The notes: generated by a model from the sequence alone, not told the origin. A stretch of 64,000 nt of DNA from an uncultured Pseudomonadales bacterium (GCA_943842505.1 CALTDI010000008.1:88330-152329), one strand, 5' to 3'. Positions 1-9,564 are shown, counted from the first letter of the stretch. Made by a program: numbers and translations.

Positions 1-758
1 GGTTTGGTGAGTTTTAGCAGGAACCGATCTGTACTTCGGTTGAGCCGCGGATCGAAGATGCTGCGGCTATGATCGTCTCTGGGTTCGCGCAGGATCTCGC
101 TGGATTCAACCCCGAATCCAGCCTGCAGTGCCAGTTCGATTGCCTGCTGGATTTCCATGCGGTGCATGTCGCGATTATCTCGACCCGCAACGCCAATATG
201 GTCGGTGATACCAAGAACGCCGCCCGGCTTAAGCAGGGCCTTTAACTGCAATAGCATCTCCAGTGCGCGCTGGGAGTTGGGGTTGTAGTAGTCGTGTAGG
301 GTCTGAGCCACAATCACGAAGTCCAGGGAGTTTTCTGCCAGGCCTATATCTGGCAGCGGTCTAACTATCTGTATGACGTTGTGCAGATTACCTTGTTCGA
401 TCTTGGCATTCAGTGCCTCCCCTTGCGTCATGTTCTGTCGGTCTTCTACGAAGCGCAAACCGCGCTCCGTATTCTGTGCATAGACAGTCCCGGTTTCGCC
501 AACTGCCTTGGAGAGTATGAAAGTGTAGTAGCCGCCGGCGGCATAGAGGTCGAGTACCGTCATGCCGGATTCGACGCCGAGAAAATCCAATACCTGTACA
601 GGCTTCCTGGCGCTATCTCTCGCGAAATCGGTGACTTCTCGGTCTGGTCCGTAAAGGGCGAGTTCCAGCGCGCTGGTATCCAGTCCTTGAGAAAGACTCG
701 GTGAGGCAAGGCCTAGTGATAGCATTAGCTGACAAAGCGTTAGTAATAATCTCTTCAT
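1..758 (-). CDS. class I SAM-dependent methyltransferase with signal peptide; the 3' end runs off the window start
   Basis: Not in the ORF track because there is no stop inside the window. Hand translation of the minus strand from ATG 756-758 gives an uninterrupted 252-codon frame: MKRLLLTLCQLMLSLGLASPSLSQG (signal peptide) ... VLDLYAAGGYYTFILS (SAM motif I-like) ... LKPGGVLGITDH ... DRFLLKLTK. Track ORFs 14..214(-) and 381..704(+) are out-of-frame or antisense shadows of it. Confidence 0.7.
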   Translation of the reverse strand, partial: MKRLLLTLCQLMLSLGLASPSLSQGLDTSALELALYGPDREVTDFARDSARKPVQVLDFLGVESGMTVLDLYAAGGYYTFILSKAVGETGTVYAQNTERGLRFVEDRQNMTQGEALNAKIEQGNLHNVIQIVRPLPDIGLAENSLDFVIVAQTLHDYYNPNSQRALEMLLQLKALLKPGGVLGITDHIGVAGRDNRDMHRMEIQQAIELALQAGFGVESSEILREPRDDHSRSIFDPRLNRSTDRFLLKLTK

Positions 759-1136
759 CCTGGGGCTCTAATCTCTTGTCTTGTCGTAAGGATAATGAGA
801 ATAACAGAATGGCGGTATCTCTCTACTGTTTCTATCGGATCCTATTCTCGCCTCAACGGTTGCCTCAGCTTAAGCTCCTCGGTCTTTGCTGCACAGGCAG
901 TGTATTGTTGGAGTGCTACAATGCGGAAGTTAACCAGATTAAACACCCAGACTCTGTTCAGGGTAGAAGGCTAGGAGAGAAACTACGATGCGCACTAACC
1001 CATTGATCCCAGCGGTGGCAACACTCACCGTCCTTCATTCTAACTAGCCTGACTCAGCTGGCCTTGGCGCAAGGATGATGCGCGGCCGCGCGCACGAGAG
1101 GCGGGTGTCATAGTTGGAGTCTTTCAGCCTGGCGAG

Positions 1137-2180
1137 TTGAACGCGATTACCGATGTTGAGGGTGTGAGAGTGGGCCATACGACCCTCATCGAGGGTGATG
1201 ATGTTCGCACGGGTGTGACGGCGATAATCCCGGCGCCCGGCAACCTGTATACAAACCCCATTCCTGCCTGGATACACACCGGAAACGGCTACGGCAAAAT
1301 GGTTGGAGAGACGCAGGTACGTGAGTTCGGTGAAATAGAAACGCCGATTCTCTTAACTTGTACGCTTTGCGTGTGGAGCGCCGCGAACGCCCTTAAACAA
1401 TGGATGTATGAGCAGCCCGGAATGGGACAGCACACCTTGAATCCTATCGTCGGCGAGACGAATGACAGCCGCGTTAACAATATGTGGGCCGACCCAATTC
1501 AGAAAGAGCAGGTCTATGCCGCTTTGGATAATGCGCGCAGTGGCCCGGTCGCCGAAGGCAGTGTCGGCGCCGGGACCGGCACCCAGGCCTTCGGCTGGAA
1601 AGGGGGTATTGGCACCAGTTCCCGAGTGCTACCCGATGAACTGGGTGGCTATACTATAGGTGTATTAGTGCAGACTAATTATGGTGGAGCGCTTTCGATC
1701 AATGGCGCTCCTGTTGGGCGAGAACTGGGCAGCTATACCTATCGCGATTTTCTCGAGCCGGTTGAGGATTCTGACAAGGAGGATGGCTCGATCATGATGG
1801 TCGTTGCCACTGACGCTCCACTGACTGCACGAAATCTCGATCGCGTGGCTCGCAGGGCGCTGATGGGGCTGGCGCGAACAGGTTCCTTTGCCAGCAATGG
1901 ATCTGGCGATTACGTGATCGCCTTCTCGACTCATCCCGGTGTGCGTAAACCCAGAGTTAGCGATACACCCGTACCTCTTGAGGTGCTGGTAAACGAATCG
2001 ATGACGCCACTGTTTGCAGCTACCGCCGAGGCAACGGAAGAAGCCATATACAACGCGATCTTCAAGGCCACTACCGTTAGTAGTTCCCGCGGAGAGCTTC
2101 GTGCAATTCCTATAGCAGATCTAATGCGTATTCTGGAAAAATACCAGTCTTTGCATTGGGATCAGTCAATAGGTAGGTAG
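1137..2180 (+). CDS. P1/S58 family peptidase (DmpA/BapA-type aminopeptidase)
   Basis: 347-aa track ORF. The N-terminus NAITDVEGVRVGHTT and overall length fit the DmpA-like Ntn peptidase family. The TTG start is doubtful, because conserved-looking residues are encoded in frame upstream with no start codon (see finding). Confidence 0.8.
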   Translation: MNAITDVEGVRVGHTTLIEGDDVRTGVTAIIPAPGNLYTNPIPAWIHTGNGYGKMVGETQVREFGEIETPILLTCTLCVWSAANALKQWMYEQPGMGQHTLNPIVGETNDSRVNNMWADPIQKEQVYAALDNARSGPVAEGSVGAGTGTQAFGWKGGIGTSSRVLPDELGGYTIGVLVQTNYGGALSINGAPVGRELGSYTYRDFLEPVEDSDKEDGSIMMVVATDAPLTARNLDRVARRALMGLARTGSFASNGSGDYVIAFSTHPGVRKPRVSDTPVPLEVLVNESMTPLFAATAEATEEAIYNAIFKATTVSSSRGELRAIPIADLMRILEKYQSLHWDQSIGR

Positions 2181-2248
2181 ATGCTAGCTAGAGCCTATAG
2201 ATCAAGCAATTAGCGGGATCGGGCGGGCTGTGCTAGCTAGTTTAGGGT

Positions 2249-2686
2249 CTAGGCACTGAGTCCAATGCCGCGCGCCATCAGAAGTGCCAACACGGGAATT
2301 ATAAGCAGAAGAACGAGTTCGAATTTAAGCAGTAATCTGAGATAGGAAGGCACCGCGACGATCTCCTCGTAGGACTTTCGATGCTTAAGGAAGAATGCTG
2401 CAGGGGCAATCGCGCAAAGTACCATCAGCAGGAACAGGCCGAGCTTTGCGTGAAAGATAGGATTGCTTGAATAAAATTCAGCAGGCTTTCCAACCCATAG
2501 CCAGAGTGTCAGTCCTATACCGAATACGAGCAGCGCGCTGATGCCGCATACGGCATCCACCTTCGCCAGGTTGCGCGCATCTTCGCCGCTGATCTGTGGC
2601 TTGATTGCCATGTTTTCTACAACGAGCGCCCCTGCAAAAAAAAAGATGGCGACAAAGTGAGATAGTCTAAATAGTTCGTAGTACAT
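2249..2686 (-). CDS. small integral membrane protein, DUF2214-like
   Basis: 145 aa with four predicted hydrophobic helices (FVAIFFFAGALVV, CGISALLVFGIGLTLWLWV, LGLFLLMVLCAIAPAAFF, LVLLLIIPVLALLMA). The family name is from memory of similar ~150-aa proteins. Confidence 0.5.
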   Translation of the reverse strand: MYYELFRLSHFVAIFFFAGALVVENMAIKPQISGEDARNLAKVDAVCGISALLVFGIGLTLWLWVGKPAEFYSSNPIFHAKLGLFLLMVLCAIAPAAFFLKHRKSYEEIVAVPSYLRLLLKFELVLLLIIPVLALLMARGIGLSA

Positions 2687-2801
2687 ACTGATAATGATAC
2701 TGGATTTAGCGGTTTTGGGCTCATTTTAATGCGACCCAGAGCAAAATCCTGCTATGCTCGGAGCTGTTAATAATAATAAGAACAAACCAACTGGAGGCAC
2801 C

Positions 2802-4169
2802 ATGGCTGCTGATATAAGCTCCACATCCGAGACCGATCCAAAGAGCCAGACTCATGTCGAAGCCAGTATGCGCAAGGTCGCGTTGACGGCATTGGCGGGG
2901 ACTAGCATCGAATGGTATGACTTTTTCCTCTACGCGACGGCTGCAGCCTTAGTATTTCCTTCTGCCTTCTTTCCAGACAGCACGCCGACGGTAGGTCTCA
3001 TTCTTTCTTTCGGTACCTTCGCCTTCGGTTTTATAGCGCGTCCTCTGGGCGGCATTCTCTTTGGTCATTTTGGCGATCGTATCGGACGCAAGCGCACACT
3101 CGTTGTCGCGCTGATGATGATGGGCATCGCCTCGACATTGATTGGTCTTCTGCCCACTTTCGCAACCATCGGGGTGGCGGCGCCAATTTTACTAAGCCTG
3201 CTTCGATTCACCCAGGGCCTTGCCATAGGCGGGCAATGGGGCGGAGCCATGTTGCTGGTGACCGAGAGTGCTCCGGCAGATAAGCGAGGCTACTATGGCG
3301 CCTATGCACAGGCGGGTGCTCCCGCAGGTGTGATCCTGGCCAATGTGGCATTTATGATTATTAGTTATTCGGTATCGGAAGATGCGTTCATGCAGTGGGG
3401 TTGGCGCATACCTTTCATCTCCAGCGTCGTGCTGATTTGGATCAGTATGTATGTGCAGCTGCATATGGAGGACACCGATGCCTTTAAGGAATTACAGGAA
3501 CTTCAGGAGAAGAAACACGCCGAAGCAGCGGGACCTGCCGTCGTAAGACGTTCGCCCGTATTAGAGGCAATTGCCAAATACCCGAAACGGATCGCCTTGG
3601 CTGCGGGTGCGTTTCTGTCTATTCAAGTCGCGTTCTATATTTTGATCGGCTTCGTGTTGGCATATGGCACCGATGCAGAGGGTGCGGGGATGACCAGGAA
3701 TGAAATGTTGTTCGCGGTATTGCTGGCTTCGGTACTTCAAATTCCAGCGCAGTTTCTGGCGGCTTCTTACTCTGATAGAAACGGCCGTCGCGGTATATTC
3801 ATGCTAGGAGCGATCCTAACTGGCGTATGGGCATTTGCCCTGTTCCCACTTATAGATACCGGTAACTTTTGGCTGATTGTAGTGGCGGTAAGTGGTGGCC
3901 TAATGTTTCTTGGTATGATGTATGGACCTCAGGCGGCGTTCTTTACCGAACTGTTTAGCACCGAAGTTCGATACTCGGGAGCTTCTCTGGGGTATCAGGT
4001 TGGAGCGATCTTAGGTGGAGCTTTCGCTCCAACCATAGCAACCATTCTGTGGACAGAATACGACATCGTGTGGGTGTCTGTTTATATAGCGATCGCATCA
4101 CTACTGTCTCTGCTTTCCGTTGTGATGCTAACCGAAACCTACAAGACCAGCCTGCATGATACAGATTAG
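2802..4169 (+). CDS. MFS transporter, metabolite:H+ symporter (MHS) family
   Basis: Motifs LGGILFGHFGDRIGRKRTL and GWRIPF are typical of KgtP/ProP/ShiA-type MHS transporters, with about 12 hydrophobic segments. I prefer ATG 2802, which is preceded by GGAGG, over the track start at 2754. Confidence 0.85.
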   Translation: MAADISSTSETDPKSQTHVEASMRKVALTALAGTSIEWYDFFLYATAAALVFPSAFFPDSTPTVGLILSFGTFAFGFIARPLGGILFGHFGDRIGRKRTLVVALMMMGIASTLIGLLPTFATIGVAAPILLSLLRFTQGLAIGGQWGGAMLLVTESAPADKRGYYGAYAQAGAPAGVILANVAFMIISYSVSEDAFMQWGWRIPFISSVVLIWISMYVQLHMEDTDAFKELQELQEKKHAEAAGPAVVRRSPVLEAIAKYPKRIALAAGAFLSIQVAFYILIGFVLAYGTDAEGAGMTRNEMLFAVLLASVLQIPAQFLAASYSDRNGRRGIFMLGAILTGVWAFALFPLIDTGNFWLIVVAVSGGLMFLGMMYGPQAAFFTELFSTEVRYSGASLGYQVGAILGGAFAPTIATILWTEYDIVWVSVYIAIASLLSLLSVVMLTETYKTSLHDTD

Positions 4170-4279
4170 ATAGACCTGCCTGCACAGGTCGCAATGGTTG
4201 GCCCTAGTATTCGGCTTCATTAGCTCTCTGCGCTGATGGGGCCGAGAGAATTATCTTGCATCACTTCATAGGTATCGAT

Positions 4280-5545
4280 ATGGCAAGAGTTAACTCCCTG
4301 CTTCTACTCACATTATTGTCTTTAAACTCGCCGGTTCTTGCCGCTCCCCCCACTGGTCTGGAGCGGGGCATGCCGGATGATCTGGGTTTCTCATCGCAAA
4401 GACTCGCGCTGGTGCATGAGATGTTATTGCAGCATGTGGAAGATGGGCGTGTCGCGGGCCTCGTGGCTGGGGTAGCTCGCCATGGTGAGGTCGTCTATCT
4501 GGAAAGCATGGGCTGGAATAACATCGAGCAAGAAAACCCGATGTTGGAGGACTCGATCTTTCAGATCCGCTCTATGAGTAAGCCGATCACGGCGGTGGCC
4601 GCGATGCAGTTGATTGAGCAGGGCAAGATGAATCTGCAAGATCCTGTCTCGAAATTTATTCCCAGTTTCGGAAACGCCCGGGTCTTTATAGATCCCGATG
4701 CAGCCGACTTTTCTGAAACTCGCGCAAGTACCCAGGAGATGACTATAGAAGATTTGCTGCTCAATACGGCAGGCCTCAGCCATAGGTTTGGCGCTCTCTA
4801 TAGGCAGAACGAGGTACGCTCCCGGGGCGATTCCCTGGAGCAATTGGTCGAGAAGGTAGCCGCGGTTCCGCTACTTAGCGACCCGGGTGAACAGTGGGTC
4901 TACAGTATTTCCATAACGGTGTTGGGGCGAATAATCGAGATAGTGTCTGGTCAGAACTTCGATGACTACCTGAATAAGCAGGTCTTAGGACCACTGCAGA
5001 TGGATGACACGGCCTTCTATGTGAGTGCGGCGAAAGCGCAGAGATTGGCTCGAGCCTACCGGGTCTCGCCCGAAGACAGAAGCCTAAGTATGCTGCCGCC
5101 GATGGCTATCCCCATCACCCAAGATCCACCGCTGCTAGAAGGGGCGGCGGGTATCGTCAGCACGGTGCCCGATTATCTGCGTTTCCTTCAGGCCTTGCTC
5201 AACGGTGGCGAACTCGAGGGGCAGCGAATCCTGGAGCAAGCAACAGTAGAAACGATGACGCGCAATCATATATCGGCTGCGCTAATGCCCTTCGGTACAA
5301 ATCCGAATAACCCCATGCTCGATCGAGGTTGGGGCTATGGTATGGCCGTGGTAGTAGATGCTACCAAGAGTTCCTACGGCACAAATAACGGCGAGTTTGG
5401 CTGGAGTGGTTCGCTGGGTACTTTCTCCTGGGCAGACCCTGTCTCTGGCACCAGTGTCGTGATAATGCTGCAAGTCCAGCCAGCGGGCGCTTATGCTATA
5501 GCAGAAAAATTTAAGGCGATGGTGTATCAGAGCATGATCGACTAG
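4280..5545 (+). CDS. secreted serine hydrolase, beta-lactamase/transpeptidase-like (class C related)
   Basis: Signal peptide MARVNSLLLLTLLSLNSPVLAAPP and the SxxK motif SMSKPIT. Length is about 420 aa. Start moved to ATG 4280 inside track ORF 4256..5545. Confidence 0.8.
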   Translation: MARVNSLLLLTLLSLNSPVLAAPPTGLERGMPDDLGFSSQRLALVHEMLLQHVEDGRVAGLVAGVARHGEVVYLESMGWNNIEQENPMLEDSIFQIRSMSKPITAVAAMQLIEQGKMNLQDPVSKFIPSFGNARVFIDPDAADFSETRASTQEMTIEDLLLNTAGLSHRFGALYRQNEVRSRGDSLEQLVEKVAAVPLLSDPGEQWVYSISITVLGRIIEIVSGQNFDDYLNKQVLGPLQMDDTAFYVSAAKAQRLARAYRVSPEDRSLSMLPPMAIPITQDPPLLEGAAGIVSTVPDYLRFLQALLNGGELEGQRILEQATVETMTRNHISAALMPFGTNPNNPMLDRGWGYGMAVVVDATKSSYGTNNGEFGWSGSLGTFSWADPVSGTSVVIMLQVQPAGAYAIAEKFKAMVYQSMID

Positions 5546-5629
5546 GGCGGCGAGGCTATTCTATTTATGCCTGCGGAATATTCTCTCACAAGCATAGAAG
5601 CCACCGCTAATTGCTACCCCATGGCGTTT

Positions 5630-6010
5630 TCATATATGGGTCCGCAGCGTTCCTAGCATCTGGGCAAATCGTTCCAGCACAGACCTTTCCTTGAGGTCGC
5701 GAAATTCACCAGCGTTGAAGAAGGTGCCAAAGCAGTCCACACAGGCTTCATACTTGATATGAAACTGGTCTTTGTCGACCATGGGTAGCATAGGTCGACT
5801 ACACTTTGGGCATTGAATCTTTTGCATATCTCGATAACTCTCACCAACTTGTTCATCGCCAATATCGATAGATTCAGAGCCCTTAATTTTGACCAGATCA
5901 TCCTTCTCGAGCATGTCGAACCAGAGTCCTTTGCACCCTGTACATCTGTCGACTTCAATATCGTTAAAGGAAACCGTTTCAAACTCGGCGCTACATTTAG
6001 GACAATTCAT
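5630..6010 (-). CDS. tandem zinc-ribbon protein (zf-TFIIB-like, two CxxC...CxxC units)
   Basis: MNCPKCSAEF...DRCTGCKGLWFD, then a second unit CPKCSRPM...EACVDCFGTFF. Start taken at ATG 6008-6010 (MNCPKC) inside track ORF 5630..6103. Confidence 0.75.
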   Translation of the reverse strand: MNCPKCSAEFETVSFNDIEVDRCTGCKGLWFDMLEKDDLVKIKGSESIDIGDEQVGESYRDMQKIQCPKCSRPMLPMVDKDQFHIKYEACVDCFGTFFNAGEFRDLKERSVLERFAQMLGTLRTHI

Positions 6011-6355
6011 GATCGTTAACTCCTCAGGTTCTATGTTGAGAGTACGTTGAAAAACTGCCACAAAGCAATAAAATTGATTGTAGACGTTTGGGCAAGACAG
6101 CACAGAAAGGCGGCTTGGAAAGGATGGGCACCTGCACTGCTTTCTGAAGGCTTCGCTGGGCGTGGCTGCTCATTAGGTGGGTTCGATGGAGTGCGATCGG
6201 GCTTAAGTTCTCGACTGTCGCCTTTTGGATTTTCCAGACTTGCCAGCAGGGTGTTATCCAATTCCCAAGCCTGATCTTTCTGCTATCAATCTGCTTCAGC
6301 CGGAGTAAAATAGGCCTGCAATTCCTATCTAAAATTTTCCAAAGAAGACCATGCC

Positions 6356-7564
6356 ATGAAACTAGCAATACTCTCCTGTAGCCCCGATGCCTACAGCACT
6401 CGCCGACTGAAAGAAGCTGCTAAGAATCGCGATCATGAGGTAAAGATTCTGAATACTCTTAAGTTTGCCATTGACCTGCAAAAAGGCGTTCCAGATATTT
6501 ACTACCGGCAGGAACCTCTTGCCCATTACGATGCGGTATTGCCAAGAATAGGTGCCTCAATTACCTACTATGGCACTGCGGTAGTGAGGCAGTTTCAGGA
6601 GATGGATGTATTCTGTGCTAACACCGCACACGGCATCACTAATTCGCGCGACAAGCTGCGCAGTCTGCAAATACTAAGTCGCCATCATATTGGTATCCCA
6701 AGAACTACATTCGTTCGTGAGAAGAAAGATGTGATCCCAGCGATAGAGCGCGTAGGTGGGGCACCTGTAGTGATTAAACTGATCGAGGGCACACAGGGTA
6801 TAGGCGTGCTGCTCGCTGACACCATGAAGCAGGCAGAGTCAATTATCGAGCTACTGCAAAGCCAGAAGCAGAATGTGCTCATACAAAAGTTTGTGGCGGA
6901 GAGTAAAGGTAAGGATATTCGTGCATTCGTAGTCGGGGACCGAGTAGTTGCTGCCATGCGACGAGTGGCCCAGGGTCAGGAATTCAGAAGCAATGTACAT
7001 CGAGGAGGTATAGCCGAAGCCGTTGAGCTCGATGAGCAATATCGGGAGACAGCTGTTAGGGCGGCACAGATTTTGGGACTACAGGTCGCTGGTGTAGATA
7101 TGCTCGAAGGTAAAGACGGGCCTCAGATCATGGAAGTAAATTCATCTCCAGGCCTCGAGGGGATTGAAACATGTACGGGCTTGGATATCGCTGGAGCCGT
7201 TATTGACTATATTGCCGCTCAGGTAGACTTTCCAGAGATTGATCTTCGCCAACGCTTAACTGTCAGTAAAGGTTATGGTGTTACTGAAATCTATGTGCCA
7301 GAGGGATCGAATTTCGTCGGCACTACCATTCGAGAAACCAAGCTCTCTGAAATGGATATTAATGTACTCACGCTCTATCGCGGCAATAAGGTGATCCCAA
7401 ATCCTCGCTCAGATAGGGTTCTGGAACCAGATGACAAGCTGCTTTGCTTCGGTAAACTTGAGTCCATGCGAGGAATGATTCCAAAGAAGACGCGCCAGCG
7501 ACGACGGCCGGATGTGCAAGATTTGGTGTCTGAAGAGCTGGGTAGTCAGCAAGACAAGAAATAG
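6356..7564 (+). CDS. rimK: RimK-type ATP-grasp alpha-L-glutamate ligase with a C-terminal RCK_C (TrkA-C)-like domain
   Basis: MKLAILSCSPDAYSTRRLKEAA...IGVLLA...GKDIRAFVVGDRVVAAMRR...GVDMLE...EVNSSPGLEGIE matches RimK along its first ~300 aa. The last ~100 aa (VTEIYVPEGSNFVGTTIRETKLSEMDINVLTLYRGNKVIPNPRSDRVLEPDDKLLCFGKLESM) read as an RCK_C fold. Confidence 0.85.
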   Translation: MKLAILSCSPDAYSTRRLKEAAKNRDHEVKILNTLKFAIDLQKGVPDIYYRQEPLAHYDAVLPRIGASITYYGTAVVRQFQEMDVFCANTAHGITNSRDKLRSLQILSRHHIGIPRTTFVREKKDVIPAIERVGGAPVVIKLIEGTQGIGVLLADTMKQAESIIELLQSQKQNVLIQKFVAESKGKDIRAFVVGDRVVAAMRRVAQGQEFRSNVHRGGIAEAVELDEQYRETAVRAAQILGLQVAGVDMLEGKDGPQIMEVNSSPGLEGIETCTGLDIAGAVIDYIAAQVDFPEIDLRQRLTVSKGYGVTEIYVPEGSNFVGTTIRETKLSEMDINVLTLYRGNKVIPNPRSDRVLEPDDKLLCFGKLESMRGMIPKKTRQRRRPDVQDLVSEELGSQQDKK

Positions 7565-7658
7565 TAGATAGAATCTGTCGTCTGCCGTGGTGTATGGGGA
7601 GTCATCTTCTAGTGGCGGGAATTAGCTTTTGTAAATGTAATAATTTGAGGTTCAGACT

Positions 7659-8453
7659 ATGTGGTTAGCAACTAGCTGTGATTTTGAGTTCGAGATTACG
7701 GTGCCTACACCCTTTATCCTGATGCTGCGTCCGCGCAGCGGAGCGCAGCAGTGGATTAGTCGCGAGGAATACAAGTTAACGCCTAGTATTCCGGTTACTG
7801 AATTTACAGATTATTACGGAAACCTCTGCCAGAGGTTAGTAGCCCCACCCGGACATTTTGCCATTCATACAGCGGCAGAAGTGATGACCACAGATGTCGT
7901 TGATAGAGCGCCAGGTGCTCCGTTTGTTGATATCGACTTTCTACCCAACGAGGTGTTGATCTTTCTTCTGCCCAGTAGATATTGTGAGTCCGAGAGCTTT
8001 AACCAGATGGCTGTAGAAATTACCGAAGGAAAGCTGTTGGGTTATGATCAGGTGGAAGCAATAGAGGACTGGCTGCGTGAGAGGATTAGCTATGTCCCCG
8101 GCAGCAGCGACAATCCAATCTCAGCCGTAGAGGTAAATCAGAAGCAGACGGGTGTCTGTCGGGATCTGGCCCACTTGGGCATCGCTCTATGTCGAGCGAT
8201 TAGCATTCCTGCCCGGCTGGTAGTGGGCTATAACTATGGGCTGGTGCCTATGGACATGCATGCCTGGTTTGAAGCATTCGTGGGTGGGCGCTGGTATGCC
8301 TTTGATGCTACACAGGAAAAGATTACGGCGGGGTATGTGGCTATTGGGTTTGGCAGAGATGCTGCAGACGTCGCAGTCTATAATCAATTCGGCCCCTCTG
8401 TTTACCCAATCTCGCAAGAAGTCACCGTGGAGCTGCTCGAAGCGAAGGAGTAG
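7659..8453 (+). CDS. transglutaminase-like cysteine peptidase family protein (Bact_transglu_N + transglutaminase core)
   Basis: The N-terminal pattern ...[11 protein letters not shown]...[10 protein letters not shown] is followed by the catalytic core [27 protein letters not shown]...[16 protein letters not shown] (Cys-His-Asp arrangement). Confidence 0.8.
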   Translation: MWLATSCDFEFEITVPTPFILMLRPRSGAQQWISREEYKLTPSIPVTEFTDYYGNLCQRLVAPPGHFAIHTAAEVMTTDVVDRAPGAPFVDIDFLPNEVLIFLLPSRYCESESFNQMAVEITEGKLLGYDQVEAIEDWLRERISYVPGSSDNPISAVEVNQKQTGVCRDLAHLGIALCRAISIPARLVVGYNYGLVPMDMHAWFEAFVGGRWYAFDATQEKITAGYVAIGFGRDAADVAVYNQFGPSVYPISQEVTVELLEAKE

Positions 8454-8839
8454 AGACGCTTATTTTCGTTGCCTTTCAGTAGGGCTTTGATCTTGTCGCT
8501 GAGTGTGTCGTGCTCCAGGTCACTAAATTTTTCTTTATCCAGAAAAACCCTATCGCGACTAGGGCAAGACTCCATCCATATACGGGTCTGATTTGGGTCA
8601 ACGATCTTGTTCATATCCATATTGCAATGCGGGCACTGAATATCTTCGACTTTGTCGAATTTCTTACCGATAGTTGGCGAGCCTATATCGAGAAAAGTCT
8701 CGATCATCCACTCTCCTCGTATTTTTTCTAACATGAAACATTGAATCAGTAAGCCGTAACAACTACGGCAACGCTTAAGGCTGATATCGTCGCCATGAGT
8801 CTTGATTTCTAATTCTCGAGCACATTTTGGGCAGTCCAT
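8402..8839 (-). CDS. tandem zinc-ribbon protein (zf-TFIIB-like), paralogue of 5630..6010
   Basis: [11 protein letters not shown]...[10 protein letters not shown] and CPHCNMDM...[11 protein letters not shown]. Start taken at ATG 8837-8839. The 3' end overlaps the convergent transglutaminase gene by 52 nt. Confidence 0.7.
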   Translation of the reverse strand: MDCPKCARELEIKTHGDDISLKRCRSCYGLLIQCFMLEKIRGEWMIETFLDIGSPTIGKKFDKVEDIQCPHCNMDMNKIVDPNQTRIWMESCPSRDRVFLDKEKFSDLEHDTLSDKIKALLKGNENKRLYSFASSSSTVTSCEIG

Positions 8840-9096
8840 CTCAATCTCCAATAGCGCGAAAACAATGCAGCAAAGTCTTAGGGAAGATTGTCTAAATAGC
8901 AAGTGTTACAAACCAGGACTAAGGCTGGTTTAATCCAATATTTTCGCCTTGGGGCCCGTCAGTCAGCGCGCGTAAATAGGGAGCTTCTAGTAGAGCAAGA
9001 TACTGGAATCAAAGCAGTTTTACAGTTAATCTTCGCGTACATAAACGGGCGGCATGAGTTCAAATTGTGTCAGTAGACGAGTTGGAATAATCTCAT

Positions 9097-9564
9097 ATGC
9101 AAGTAGAAGAACAGGTAGAAACAACACAGATGAAAGCATTGGGGTGGCGCGAATGGGTTCAACTTCCAGATTTGGTTGATGTTCCAATTAAAGCTAAGGT
9201 CGATACAGGCGCCAAGACTTCCTCCTTACATGCTTTTTTTATCGAGCCCTATATCAAGGATGGAAAGCCCTGGGTAAAATTTCTGTTGCACCCAAATCAG
9301 AATGACAACGATATCGAGGTGGAGTGCCATGCCGCCGTTTCTGATAGGCGAGAGGTTTCCGACTCTGGTGGGCACAAAGAAAAACGCTACGTGATCGAAT
9401 CGTCGATAGTAATGGGTAAAGACGTGTTGATTGCCGAACTCACACTCACCGATAGAGACTCTATGAGTTTTAGGATGTTGTTAGGCCGGAACTTGCTTCG
9501 CGGGGCCTTTGTTGTGGATAGTGGCTCATCGTTCCTCATGGGAGGCAACTCCAAGCAAGCGTAG
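9097..9564 (+). CDS. retropepsin-like 'ATP-dependent zinc protease' family protein (DUF785; RimB-like)
   Basis: LGWREWVQLPDLVDVPIKAKVDTGAKTSSLHA carries the DTGA aspartic-protease signature typical of DUF785 proteins found next to rimK. The start could instead be the internal Met at 9130. Confidence 0.75.
   Translation: MQVEEQVETTQMKALGWREWVQLPDLVDVPIKAKVDTGAKTSSLHAFFIEPYIKDGKPWVKFLLHPNQNDNDIEVECHAAVSDRREVSDSGGHKEKRYVIESSIVMGKDVLIAELTLTDRDSMSFRMLLGRNLLRGAFVVDSGSSFLMGGNSKQA

Noticed and set aside
701-1006. 101-aa ORF in the methyltransferase/peptidase intergenic region
   Set aside because: Its first 58 nt overlap the methyltransferase start on the opposite strand, the sequence is not protein-like, and it has no SD. 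The region is better explained as promoter or leader, plus the disrupted peptidase 5' end.
6011-6355. Three overlapping 75-114 aa ORFs (6024..6368-, 6031..6261-, 6047..6274+) in the zinc-ribbon/rimK intergenic region
   Set aside because: The translations are low-complexity and not protein-like (Arg/Ser/Leu/Trp-rich), they overlap each other, and they have no SD-start context. I treat this as a long divergent regulatory region. A structured RNA cannot be excluded but I could not support one.
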